The position numbers and the translations under genes were made by a program. DNA of 64,000 nucleotides from a virus, in the IMG/VR virus record IMGVR_UViG_3300023109_001684; one strand, 5' to 3'. Below, in pieces: positions 32,188 to 42,322 of this stretch (its first letter is position 1; every line of letters starts with the position of its first letter). The notes beneath the pieces are model-generated. The model searched no databases. It saw only the letters and a program-made list of their open reading frames with translations, and had not been told where the DNA came from.

Positions 32188-34950
32188 ATGGCAATAGCAG
32201 CTGATAGTATCATTGATGCAGATGATTATAACGGAATTAGAAATAAGATTATAAAAGTTTTGAGCGACGACGGCGCTGATCAAAAGATCGGCTATGGTCG
32301 TGCTGTATCTAGTTCTGCTAGAAGCGAAGGAGATATTATCTCTTCGGCTGATATGACAGCATTATATAACGACTTAGAACTTATTAAAGAACATCAAAAT
32401 GGTTTTGCTGAATCAGACCCTTCATTTGGTTGGTCACCTACACTTAGTTTAAACGCTCCATCAGCAGTTGAAATTATTGGCGCAGATGCTTCGATAGATG
32501 TAACTGACGGTACAACTGATGATGACGAAGGATTTTTAGACTTTTCGGCAGTTGCTACTGATATACTTACTTTTGCAAATAATTTCCCTACAAGTTTTCC
32601 GGGGGCTGGAAGCTTCACAGTTGACGGATTAGTTTCAGATACAAGAACACCGGGCTGGAACGGAACTGTCTCGCATACAACTACAGTAAATTTTCCCAAT
32701 GCTGATGCACGTAGATATTTTTTCAATGCAGGTGGACGTATTAGATTCACTGCAAGTTTAACAGGCGGTAACAGTGTTGCAGGTGACCAAACTCAAACTT
32801 ATCCAGATAGTCCTGCATACCAAAAAGATGAAATTTGGCAAACTATGCTTAATGTAATGTCTAATATTGATTTTGGAAGAGACGGAACAACCCAACCAAG
32901 CTCAGCTTCGGGTACTCCGGCTACTGCAATTGGCAATTATCAACTAACAAATACAGATCAAACTATTTTTACAAAAAACGGTAGCGGAGTTTATTCTGAA
33001 AACTATTATCAAATTAAAGCAAGAAATGTGTCTACTAAAAGTATTAGATTTACAGTTTCGTTTGTTGATGCAGATCTCGGAGATGATAGAAATGCTGATG
33101 CATATAATTACCGAACTGACGAAAATGTTACAGGTACTGTTACTAGTGTTGTACAAAGTGTAACACCTAGTGCATTTTTAGGAATACCTGAACCTAGTGC
33201 TACAGAAGATTTAACACTTGACGGTTCAACGCCTACAAGTTATACATTAAGCACAAATAATTCAGCAGTTGACGAAGGCCAACAATTTATAATTACTCTT
33301 GATACAACTAATGTTCCAAACGGAACATTAGTACCTTACACAATTACAGGAGTTACAACAGCTGATATAAACGCTGCCAGCCTAACTGGCTCATTTAATA
33401 TACAAGGTAACACACGGGCATTAACTTTCACAGCCACAGCAGATGCTGCCGGTAATGAAGGCGACGAAATTTTTAGTTTAACATTAGACAACGGATTTGG
33501 AGGCACAGCAGAGGTTACAATTACTGATACAACAGTTTTATCTAGTTCTGAAAACTTCCCTTCAACAATTCCACACACTGGATGGGGAGTAATAACGCAT
33601 TTTGTTGATAGCACTAATACAACAGCACGAGCAACTGCTGATGTTACTATAACAAATGATAATGCAAATAGTAGAATTGCTATAACTTCAAGAACATTTA
33701 CTAATATTGCAACTCCACCTACAGATTTTACAGGGTATATTAACTATGTAGGAGTTGGAACAGTTACTATCGAAGCTAGATATACAGTAACAGTTATGAC
33801 ATCTAACCAGCAAGATGGTAGTAGAACACCTGCTAACCTTTCAACACCTTCAAATTGGTATACATTAGCAGACGGTGCATCAAGAACATTTGATTGGATT
33901 GCCGAAGATACTAGTGCTGCTTCTAGTACTAGGGGATTAACTAGTGGGTCTGATGTAGTGTTTGAAGTTAAAATAACAGATGATAACGGTACATTTATAC
34001 GATCTTCTAGTGGTAATACTGTAACTCTAGAAGCCCAGTATGTGGAAACAGCACAAGAAATTAATTCATTATGGGTTGCTGATGACGACAGTAATGAAAA
34101 TACTATCGACGGAACCGAGCGTATTGGATTTACATTGAATACAGACGGAACTACTGATCGATATCTATTAATATATAATAATAGCAATTATTCAATTACA
34201 CCGAGTACTACCGCAGGCACTCCGTGGTTACCAACACCAATTCAAAGCGCAGATGCTGGAGATAACTGGCAAGTTATGATTACATCAGTATCAAATTCAA
34301 ATAGTAATCTTTATACATCTACATCAGATCCTTTTGGAACGTGGATTACAATGACTGATCCTATTACAGTTTATGCCGCTGACACAGCAACAGGTGAACT
34401 TGGGAATTCAGAACTTAATTTAAAAATTCGTAGATCGGGAGCTGCAACTAATGATGTTAATGAAGCAATTATTTTAAAACAAGATTTAACAACTGCTGCT
34501 GACCCAGTTTCGATTGATGGTAATTTAACTGCTTATGCAGATAGTAATGGATTAAGTGGAAGTTGTAGTGCTAACTTAACTTGGGATGGCTCTGCTGGAA
34601 CAGTTGCCACCGGTGCGTTTGGTAATCCTGGGTCCTCTACTCCATCAGTAACTTGGTTAAACTCAGGCAATGCTTCTGATTATGAAGTAAGATTTACTTA
34701 TACTACTACATTAACTGGTGGAGGATCCACATCTGGATCTTATACTAATACTATTGTTTCATCTGGTGGTACAATACCTGTATCTGGAACTTGGTATCCT
34801 GCAGAAAATCAACATAAACTTAGAATTAGAGATTCAGGCACAAATCCAAATTCGTCAAGTATTGCTGGCACTGTTGATATTCGTCAACAAAGCACCGGAA
34901 CAATTTTAGCTACAAAAGGTTTCGGAATTAGCGCAAACAATGATCCGTAA
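32188..34950 (+). CDS. Virion structural/adhesion protein with Ig/Calx-beta-like extension
   Basis: 920 aa, Ser/Thr-rich. First ~340 aa paralogous to 34967..36010; then YTLSTNNSAVDEGQ..TLDTTNVPNGTLVPYTITGV..EGDEIFSLTLDNG Ig-like module. Confidence 0.6.
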   Translation: MAIAADSIIDADDYNGIRNKIIKVLSDDGADQKIGYGRAVSSSARSEGDIISSADMTALYNDLELIKEHQNGFAESDPSFGWSPTLSLNAPSAVEIIGADASIDVTDGTTDDDEGFLDFSAVATDILTFANNFPTSFPGAGSFTVDGLVSDTRTPGWNGTVSHTTTVNFPNADARRYFFNAGGRIRFTASLTGGNSVAGDQTQTYPDSPAYQKDEIWQTMLNVMSNIDFGRDGTTQPSSASGTPATAIGNYQLTNTDQTIFTKNGSGVYSENYYQIKARNVSTKSIRFTVSFVDADLGDDRNADAYNYRTDENVTGTVTSVVQSVTPSAFLGIPEPSATEDLTLDGSTPTSYTLSTNNSAVDEGQQFIITLDTTNVPNGTLVPYTITGVTTADINAASLTGSFNIQGNTRALTFTATADAAGNEGDEIFSLTLDNGFGGTAEVTITDTTVLSSSENFPSTIPHTGWGVITHFVDSTNTTARATADVTITNDNANSRIAITSRTFTNIATPPTDFTGYINYVGVGTVTIEARYTVTVMTSNQQDGSRTPANLSTPSNWYTLADGASRTFDWIAEDTSAASSTRGLTSGSDVVFEVKITDDNGTFIRSSSGNTVTLEAQYVETAQEINSLWVADDDSNENTIDGTERIGFTLNTDGTTDRYLLIYNNSNYSITPSTTAGTPWLPTPIQSADAGDNWQVMITSVSNSNSNLYTSTSDPFGTWITMTDPITVYAADTATGELGNSELNLKIRRSGAATNDVNEAIILKQDLTTAADPVSIDGNLTAYADSNGLSGSCSANLTWDGSAGTVATGAFGNPGSSTPSVTWLNSGNASDYEVRFTYTTTLTGGGSTSGSYTNTIVSSGGTIPVSGTWYPAENQHKLRIRDSGTNPNSSSIAGTVDIRQQSTGTILATKGFGISANNDP

Positions 34951-34966
34951 ATTAGAGAGAAAATAA

Positions 34967-36010
34967 ATGGCAGCACAAGTAGATCAAATAATTACAGCAA
35001 GTTCGTTTAATGCTATTCGAAGTAAAGCAAATCGTATTCTCGGATCCGGCGACAGCGGAACTAGAGGCTACGGAATTCCACTAGAAAGCTCAACTAAAGT
35101 TGACAACGACATTATACAAGCAAGTGATATGCAGGCTTTATATAACGACCTTGTTAAAGCTAGACAACATCAAGTTGGTATCCCAGTAACTTGGTCAACC
35201 GCCACAGACGGATTAAGTTCACCGTCTACTGGTGAACTTGTGGGTGTTTTTGCAGCTGACGTAGGTCCAGGTGGGAACAGCACTAGTGCTACTGCAACAT
35301 CTGATTTAGATGAAGGATTTTTAGATTTTGAAAATGCAGCTAATGATATTGAAAGTGGTAAATTCTTAGTCGGAGCAGGACAGTCTGAAATATCTACACT
35401 TGCTACAAATGCTAGAGTTACTAACTGGAACGGTTCGCTTACATTTGGATTTACGCTTACTTGGGAAAATTTTGAAGAAAGACGATTTTGGTTTAATTCT
35501 GGAGGGTATATTACAATTGCTAGTAATTTAGCAGGCGGCACCTCGATTCCAGGAAATGAAGTAAATACTCCTCCGGCTACCAAAGACGAAATATGGCAAA
35601 CAATGCTTAATAATATGGGAACATACAAAATTAGTGTATCTGGAAGTGAAGTTGTAGCAGGCACTGCAACAATAAATTCAGGAGTCAGCGGAATTTACTC
35701 TGATACTTCTAATGCCACTGATTGGTCAGCATATAATAATTCTAATAGGCTTACTGTTATGTCTAAATCCGGAACTGGAATATATAGCGAAAATGAATTT
35801 AAAATAGAAGCATGGCAAACTAATACTAATTCAATAAGATTTTTATTAACATATAGTGATAACGATATCGGAGACGATGTAGATGGAGATGAATATTCAA
35901 ATCCTGCAGATGAAAATGTTACAGGCACAATAACCGCAGTAGTAACAGCAAGAACAGCAACCGGATTAGGCAAAGAGTATCCTGCATTAACTATAAACGA
36001 TGAATTTTAG
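34967..36010 (+). CDS. Virion structural protein, paralog of the N-terminal part of 32188..34950
   Basis: Shares DEGFLDF, FN(A/S)GG, KDEIWQTMLN, G(V/I)YSEN and DENVTGT with the upstream gene. Confidence 0.6.
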   Translation: MAAQVDQIITASSFNAIRSKANRILGSGDSGTRGYGIPLESSTKVDNDIIQASDMQALYNDLVKARQHQVGIPVTWSTATDGLSSPSTGELVGVFAADVGPGGNSTSATATSDLDEGFLDFENAANDIESGKFLVGAGQSEISTLATNARVTNWNGSLTFGFTLTWENFEERRFWFNSGGYITIASNLAGGTSIPGNEVNTPPATKDEIWQTMLNNMGTYKISVSGSEVVAGTATINSGVSGIYSDTSNATDWSAYNNSNRLTVMSKSGTGIYSENEFKIEAWQTNTNSIRFLLTYSDNDIGDDVDGDEYSNPADENVTGTITAVVTARTATGLGKEYPALTINDEF

Positions 36011-36013
36011 GAC

Positions 36014-36042
36014 TTGACAACTTCTTAATTATACTGTATAAT
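36014..36042 (+). promoter_or_regulatory. Consensus sigma70 promoter TTGACA-N17-TATAAT
   Basis: TTGACA 36014-36019, TATAAT 36037-36042, exact 17-bp spacer; AGGAG RBS and GTG start at 36065. Confidence 0.9.
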
Positions 36043-36064
36043 ATGTAATTATTAGGAGAGTTTC

Positions 36065-36412
36065 GTGGACGAAAAACTATCAAAAGCATTAGATTTTAGT
36101 AATGTAATGCTAACGCATCAAGCACAAAAAAACAATCTAAAAGAGCAATACTATGCTAGTATTGACACGTATCATAATGGATCAAAATTTCTAGCAACTC
36201 CTGCATTAATTTCTTTTTGTACATCGTTACTACAACTTAAACAAGAAACTGCAATACTAATAGATTGTAACGATTTGCCGTGTAATATTGAAAATCTTAA
36301 ACAGTTTACAGATGAGTTAGTTGATTGTTATGCAACAGCTACAAACGTATACCTAAATGAATATAATAATATAAAAGTAAAACGGTCTATAACGGATATT
36401 ATTAATGACTAA
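36065..36412 (+). CDS. Hypothetical protein (first gene of enzyme island)
   Basis: 115 aa, GTG start with AGGAG RBS; overlaps next gene. Confidence 0.7.
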   Translation: MDEKLSKALDFSNVMLTHQAQKNNLKEQYYASIDTYHNGSKFLATPALISFCTSLLQLKQETAILIDCNDLPCNIENLKQFTDELVDCYATATNVYLNEYNNIKVKRSITDIIND

Positions 36413-37253
36413 TGGATGTTTATTATTTGCATACAATAATGGATTATTTGATTATATTATGCAGGCAGATTTTCTAGCCGCTAGAATAAAAAAACATTTA
36501 GATATACCTACATCAATTGTTACAAGTGATGTTGAATACGCTAATACTTTTACAAATTTTGATAAGGTAATATATAAACCTAATTCAAGTTCTAACAAAA
36601 GAAAGTTTCACTGCGGAGCGTTTTATAATAAATCCGCAGCGTTTAAAAATGATACAAGAGTTTATGCGTACGAACTTTCGCCTTATGATAAAACATTATT
36701 ACTAGATACAGATTATATTATATCTAATGATAGTTTTAAAAATTGTTTTCAAGTAAACGATGATTTTCTAATTTATAAAGACGCTACTAATATTAATACA
36801 CAGTTTTCTAAAACAACTGAGTTTAGTAAAATTAGTGATACAAGTATAGATTTTTATTGGGCTACGTGTGTATATTTTACAAAAACAGAACGTAACAAAA
36901 TCTTTTTTGATCTTCTCCAACATATACAAGAAAATTGGCATCATTATAAATCTGTTTATAGATTAAGTTATATTACATATAGAAACGATTTTGCTTTTAG
37001 TATTGCTATACATATAATGAACGGATTTCAACAAGGGTCATTTGCAAAACAAATGCCGGGTAAAAAATATTATATTACCGACAGAGATCACTGCCATAAA
37101 ATTGATGATAATAATCTTACTTTCTTGCTTGAAAAGAAAACACATCCTGGAGAATATTTCCTATCTAAAACAAAAAATATAAATGTGCATGTAATGAATA
37201 AGTTTAGTTTGGGAGAATTGTTAAATGAATTTTACAATGTTAGCTCAGAATAG
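36405..37253 (+). CDS. Putative GT-A fold glycosyltransferase (GT8/nucleotide-diphospho-sugar transferase-like)
   Basis: SPYDKTLLLDTDY DxD motif, IVTSD N-terminal strand, late HVMNK. Confidence 0.65.
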   Translation: MTNGCLLFAYNNGLFDYIMQADFLAARIKKHLDIPTSIVTSDVEYANTFTNFDKVIYKPNSSSNKRKFHCGAFYNKSAAFKNDTRVYAYELSPYDKTLLLDTDYIISNDSFKNCFQVNDDFLIYKDATNINTQFSKTTEFSKISDTSIDFYWATCVYFTKTERNKIFFDLLQHIQENWHHYKSVYRLSYITYRNDFAFSIAIHIMNGFQQGSFAKQMPGKKYYITDRDHCHKIDDNNLTFLLEKKTHPGEYFLSKTKNINVHVMNKFSLGELLNEFYNVSSE

Positions 37254-38055
37254 TACGGACGTAGATTACGTACAACAAGCATGTGTTTCTGCAATGAGCA
37301 TAAGACATACAAACCCTACAAGTAAGATCTGTTTAATTACTAATGACGCAGTTCCAAGTAAGTACAAAGAACTATTTGATGCAGTAGTAGAAATTCCATG
37401 GGGAGACTCTGCTCACAAATATGAATGGAAAATACATAACAGATTTAAGATTATTCATGCATGTCCTTTTAGCGACACTGTTGTTATTGATACTGACATG
37501 CTAATACTAAATGATCTTTCTAACTGGCAAACACATTTTGAAAAGTATGACTTTTGGATATGTAATAACGTAAAAACATATCGCAACGAGATAGTTAATA
37601 ATCAGTTTTATAGAAAAAAATTAAATAAATTTAAACTTCCTAATGTGTATTACGGACTGCATTATTTTAAAAAGTCTAAATTTGCATACGAATTTTATGG
37701 ATTGCTAGATATTATTGTTAATAATTATAGCGACTTTTTTAATCTGCATAATATGAATTTACAAAATTTTGCAAGTATGGATATTAGTAGTAGTCTTGCT
37801 ACAGCAATATTAGATTGTGAATCTGTTATTACTAATAATAGTCACTATGCACCTATGTTTACTCATATGAAGGCAAACATACAAAATTGGCAAGGACTAA
37901 AAGATAGTTGGCAAAAAGAAGTTGGCACTTATCTAACAGATGATGCACAACTATATGTTGGCAATTACAAACAAAGTAATATATTTCATTATACAGAAGA
38001 TGATTTTATTACAAGTGATGTAATTAACACATATGAAAAAATAATTGGAATTTAG
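37225..38055 (+). CDS. Putative GT-A fold glycosyltransferase (GT8-like), paralog of upstream gene
   Basis: YVQQACVSAMSI..ICLITND, CPFSDTVVIDTDML DxD motif, FTHMK, IFHY. Confidence 0.65.
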   Translation: MNFTMLAQNSTDVDYVQQACVSAMSIRHTNPTSKICLITNDAVPSKYKELFDAVVEIPWGDSAHKYEWKIHNRFKIIHACPFSDTVVIDTDMLILNDLSNWQTHFEKYDFWICNNVKTYRNEIVNNQFYRKKLNKFKLPNVYYGLHYFKKSKFAYEFYGLLDIIVNNYSDFFNLHNMNLQNFASMDISSSLATAILDCESVITNNSHYAPMFTHMKANIQNWQGLKDSWQKEVGTYLTDDAQLYVGNYKQSNIFHYTEDDFITSDVINTYEKIIGI

Positions 38056-38661
38056 ATGCGATTTAAAATACCTAAAACAAAAAAAACTGAGCCATTATAT
38101 TATAAGGTATATTACGAAAAAGCCACTGGTCAAATTATTTCTATTTCAATTAAAGACAAGCCGTCTTTAGATACTCATTTTACAACTACGTTTAACGAAG
38201 TATGCGAATTTATAGACGGAACTAAAAGTTTAATTAATTATAAAGTTACATACGATTTACAAAAAACAAAATTCCATATTGTACATAAAGATGATAAGAT
38301 TGTATTAGATGTAGATAATCTAATACATAAAATTACCCAGTCTGGTCCAGCACAACTATGTATTATAAAGGATAATATATTAAACGAATGGCAACTACAC
38401 CTTGATCTTAACTTAACAGCAAAAAATAATATTAATAATGCTGGAGTTTTAGACGAAATATTATGGTTTAGTATAACACAAGAAAATAATCCAAATATAC
38501 TATACAGACATTTCTCAGCTAGTATGCACGAACTTATAAATGAGCAAACTGTGTCTTTTAAATTTTTAAATCACAAGGAAACAGATGTAACCAAATATAG
38601 TATATATACTAATAAGAGACTAGTATCCTATTCTAAAAGAGAAATACATGAGCCAAATTAA
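38056..38661 (+). CDS. Hypothetical protein
   Basis: 201-aa ORF in operon; no recognised motif. Confidence 0.65.
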   Translation: MRFKIPKTKKTEPLYYKVYYEKATGQIISISIKDKPSLDTHFTTTFNEVCEFIDGTKSLINYKVTYDLQKTKFHIVHKDDKIVLDVDNLIHKITQSGPAQLCIIKDNILNEWQLHLDLNLTAKNNINNAGVLDEILWFSITQENNPNILYRHFSASMHELINEQTVSFKFLNHKETDVTKYSIYTNKRLVSYSKREIHEPN

Positions 38662-39574
38662 AATTTTAGATTATGACATTATATATTTGTCGTACGATGA
38701 ACCAAATGCTGATAAAAACTATGCAGATTTATTAACTAAAGTGCCATGGGCAAAACGTGTACACGGTGTAGAAGGAAGTGACGCTGCACACAAAGCATGT
38801 GCAAAATTATCAGAGACAGATAGATTTATTACAGTTGATGGTGACAATATTGTACATCCTAAGTTTTTTACACAAGTGCTAGATCTCTCTAAGCATCCTA
38901 ATTTAGAAAATAGTGTAATAAGTTGGTGTGGCAAAAATATTATTAATGGGTTAATGTACGGCAACGGTGGGTTAAAGTGCTGGCCAAAGAATTATGTGTT
39001 GAATATGAAAACACATGAAAATGCTGATCCAAATAATTTGCAAGCACAGGTAGACTTTTGTTGGGATCTAGAATACATACAGCAAAATAGTTGGTATAGT
39101 GATGTGTATAATAACGCAACACCACATCAAGCATGGCGAGCTGGATTTAGAGAGGGTGTTAAAATGGCACTTGACCAAGGTATAAAACCTACTAAAGATG
39201 ATTTTTTACGAGGGCATTGGAAAAACTTACATCGACTGTGGATATGGCTTATGGTTGGTGCAGATGTTGACAACGGTAAATGGGCAATCTATGGCGCCCG
39301 TGAAGGCCTGTACAAAACAATGTGTACTGATTGGGATTTTGTAAATGTAAGAGATTTTGAATATCTTAATCGCATGTGGAAAGAAATTGAACCTAAAGTA
39401 TCAATGGACGGACTAGAAGACTCCATTGAAGAATATGGTATTAAACTTATTAACGAACTTGAAATTCCTATTGCTGAAGAATGTCTTAATGCACAACAAA
39501 GTAAGTTCTTTAAAACAGTGTATCAAAATCCAAGCCGAAGTTCACAACAACAGTATATAATTGACCCAGAATGA
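38648..39574 (+). CDS. Putative glycosyltransferase (GT2-like, phage type)
   Basis: DIIYLSYDEPNAD...HGVEG..AHKACA..RFITVDGDN (DxD), YGNGGLK, AWRAGFREGVK; paralog of the C-terminal domain of 48116..50344. Confidence 0.65.
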   Translation: MSQIKILDYDIIYLSYDEPNADKNYADLLTKVPWAKRVHGVEGSDAAHKACAKLSETDRFITVDGDNIVHPKFFTQVLDLSKHPNLENSVISWCGKNIINGLMYGNGGLKCWPKNYVLNMKTHENADPNNLQAQVDFCWDLEYIQQNSWYSDVYNNATPHQAWRAGFREGVKMALDQGIKPTKDDFLRGHWKNLHRLWIWLMVGADVDNGKWAIYGAREGLYKTMCTDWDFVNVRDFEYLNRMWKEIEPKVSMDGLEDSIEEYGIKLINELEIPIAEECLNAQQSKFFKTVYQNPSRSSQQQYIIDPE

Positions 39575-40983
39575 GCAAAGATCAAAAAGGTGATGAAGTT
39601 AAACTACTTAAAGGCAAATATCAAAGCGTATACTTTGAAAGTAGTAAAGATCTTTTAGAAGGATTAAATCAAGTTAGTCCTAGCTTCTGTTTGGCTAAAT
39701 GGTATAGTGTGAGTTTACATTTACCAACTGGTAGAACACATAGTTGTTATCACCCACCTAGTCATCATATTCCCCTTGAAGAACTTGCTGTATCGCCTGA
39801 TGCATTGCATAATACACAATATAAAAAAGAACAACGTGCTAAAATGCTTAAAGGAGAACGTCCTAAAGAGTGCGAGTTTTGCTGGGCATTAGAAGACCAA
39901 GGCAGTATAAGTGATAGAGCATATCGTAGTAAAGATGTATACGAGCCTGAGCTTATCCAAGCAGCACAAATTGAAGAAAATCCTAAACCTAGATATTTAG
40001 AAGTAAATTTTAACCAAGCATGCAATCTTAAATGCAGTTATTGTAGTCCGCACCTAAGCACAGAGTGGCACAAAGAAGTCAAAAAACATGGGGCATACAA
40101 ATTAGCACACGGTAATCATAATGACCCGTTGTGGGTAGAAGGAATGCGTATTAACAATGCCCCTGATAGTCCGTATATACAAGCCTTTTGGGAGTATTTT
40201 CCAGAAGTATATCCTACATTAAAAACATTTCGTATGACAGGCGGCGAGCCTTTGATGGATAAAAACACTTTTAAAGTGTTTGATTATGTAAAACAAAATC
40301 CTAAATCAGATTTACAATTAAGTATTACAAGCAATTGCTGTCCTCCTAAGGGACAATGGCAAAAGTTTATTGATGATTTAAAAGAAGTATCACCTGCTAT
40401 CGATCACTTTATGCTATTTTGTAGCTTAGATAGCTGGGGGACACAAGCAGAGTATATACGACACGGTTTAGATTTTAATATAATGTATAAAAATATTCGG
40501 CAGTATCTTGCAGAAGGTACCGGACATAGTTTAACATTTATAATTACAGCAAATTTATTAAGTTTACCGGGCTATAAAGAATATATACATAATATTTTAG
40601 AGTTGCGCAAAGAGTTTAATACAGACAGACAGTTAATATGGTTTGATACTCCTATGTTGCACGATCCTAAATGGCAAAGTATGCAACTAGCAACTAGTGA
40701 TATGTTAGAGCCGTTATTAGATAGTATACAGTTTATGGAAAGTAATCCAGAGACTACACAAAATAGATACAAAGGATTTAAGGACTTTGAAGTAGACAAA
40801 GTCAGAAGACTATACGATTGGGCATGTGCATCGTTAAATACATTTGAAGAGGAACAAGCAAAAATAAACTTTTACTTGTTTTTTAAAGAACACGATCGTA
40901 GACGTAATACAGATTTATTACAAACCTTTCCAAGTTTAGAACATTTTTATAGAGAGTGTAAAGAAAAATATGAGCAGAGATAA
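39571..40983 (+). CDS. Radical SAM protein with N-terminal twitch/SPASM-like domain
   Basis: CNLKCSYC (CxxxCxxC), MTGGEP; N-terminal FC..SCYH..CEFC. Confidence 0.9.
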   Translation: MSKDQKGDEVKLLKGKYQSVYFESSKDLLEGLNQVSPSFCLAKWYSVSLHLPTGRTHSCYHPPSHHIPLEELAVSPDALHNTQYKKEQRAKMLKGERPKECEFCWALEDQGSISDRAYRSKDVYEPELIQAAQIEENPKPRYLEVNFNQACNLKCSYCSPHLSTEWHKEVKKHGAYKLAHGNHNDPLWVEGMRINNAPDSPYIQAFWEYFPEVYPTLKTFRMTGGEPLMDKNTFKVFDYVKQNPKSDLQLSITSNCCPPKGQWQKFIDDLKEVSPAIDHFMLFCSLDSWGTQAEYIRHGLDFNIMYKNIRQYLAEGTGHSLTFIITANLLSLPGYKEYIHNILELRKEFNTDRQLIWFDTPMLHDPKWQSMQLATSDMLEPLLDSIQFMESNPETTQNRYKGFKDFEVDKVRRLYDWACASLNTFEEEQAKINFYLFFKEHDRRRNTDLLQTFPSLEHFYRECKEKYEQR

Positions 40984-42322
40984 ACGAGTAGATGCAGTAA
41001 AAGAAAGACTAAACAAGATAGGTAAAGGGTTTTGCACACAAAAATGGTTGCACGAAACACTTTATCTTCATACAGGCGATAATCACAGTTGTTATCATCC
41101 ACGACCTCAACATATACCTTTACAAGAAATACAAGATAATCCAAGTGCTTTACATAATACAAAATGGAAAAAGCAGCAACGTAAGACTATGCTAGAAGGT
41201 GGTCGTCCTGATGAATGTTATTACTGCTGGAATATTGAAGATCTACCTGGCGAGCATTTAAGTGATCGGCATTTTCATAGTGCTAGTTCTTATGCTGAGC
41301 CTGTGATTGAAACACTTGCAACTATGCCTTGGGATAAAGATATAAATCCTCGCTATTTGGAAGTTAGTTTTGGTAACGGGTGTAACTATCGTTGTGGCTA
41401 TTGCTGTCCACAAGCAAGTACATTATGGATGGACGAAATTAAAAAACACGGCAACTACGATTTAACCTACAATCAATACGGTATAGACTTTTTAGAAAAC
41501 GGAACATACTACGGTCCTAAAGACGACAATCCATATATCGAAGCATTTTGGAAATGGTGGCCTAGTTTACGCAATGATCTACACACACTACGTATTACTG
41601 GCGGAGAACCTTTAATGAACCCGGGATCTATGCAGTTTTTAGATCTATTAGAAAAAGAGCCTGCTCCAAATTTAAGAATTAGTCTCAATAGTAATCTAGG
41701 AGTTTCAACAAACAAGATAGACAAATTTTATGATAGAGTAGAATCTTTACTAGAAAATAAAAAAATTAAAAAGTTTAGCTTGTTTACAAGTATAGATACA
41801 TGGGGACCGCAAGCAGAATACATGCGTACTGGAATGAATCTAGTACACTGGGAACGTAATCTAAAAGAAGCATTGCGCAGGGGATTTCAAGTAAGTCTAA
41901 TGTGTACATTTAATGTTTTGTGTGTTACAAACTTCAAAAGTCTGTTACATAAAGTAATTGAGTGGAGAGAAGAGTTTGGACACCATGCTATTGGTTTTGA
42001 TACACCGTATTTAAAAGAGCCGCCGCATTGGATGATTAATATTTTACCAGAATCATTCTTATTATACATGGACGAAACACTTAGTTTTATTGATACAAAT
42101 ATGGATAAATTTAATCCGGATGAGTATGAAAAGTTCAAGCGTGTTAGAAACTACATGAAAGAAAATCCTGTTGATCCTCTTAAAATACAACAAGGTCGCA
42201 GAGACTTTTATAGTTTCTTTACAGAAAATGATAAACGTGTTGGACTAAATTTGTTAGAAGTATTTCCTGAATATACAGATTTCTTTAATTATTGTAAAGA
42301 GGTGCATGATAATTATGGCTAA
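40970..42322 (+). CDS. Radical SAM protein with N-terminal twitch/SPASM-like domain
   Basis: CNYRCGYC, ITGGEP; N-terminal FC..SCYH..CYYC; close paralog of upstream gene. Confidence 0.9.
   Translation: MSRDKRVDAVKERLNKIGKGFCTQKWLHETLYLHTGDNHSCYHPRPQHIPLQEIQDNPSALHNTKWKKQQRKTMLEGGRPDECYYCWNIEDLPGEHLSDRHFHSASSYAEPVIETLATMPWDKDINPRYLEVSFGNGCNYRCGYCCPQASTLWMDEIKKHGNYDLTYNQYGIDFLENGTYYGPKDDNPYIEAFWKWWPSLRNDLHTLRITGGEPLMNPGSMQFLDLLEKEPAPNLRISLNSNLGVSTNKIDKFYDRVESLLENKKIKKFSLFTSIDTWGPQAEYMRTGMNLVHWERNLKEALRRGFQVSLMCTFNVLCVTNFKSLLHKVIEWREEFGHHAIGFDTPYLKEPPHWMINILPESFLLYMDETLSFIDTNMDKFNPDEYEKFKRVRNYMKENPVDPLKIQQGRRDFYSFFTENDKRVGLNLLEVFPEYTDFFNYCKEVHDNYG

Noticed and set aside
26638-36010. Diversity-generating retroelement or invertible fibre cassette
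   Set aside because: No reverse transcriptase, invertase or adenine-variant template/variable repeat pair seen; paralog similarity is ordinary protein-level divergence.
38053-38058. TAG immediately followed by in-frame ATG, suggesting amber recoding or read-through fusion
   Set aside because: The same stop-ATG abutment occurs with TAA (266/267, 45922/45923). Other TAG stops (36010, 46543) are soon followed by in-frame stops, and long ORFs are intact in code 11.
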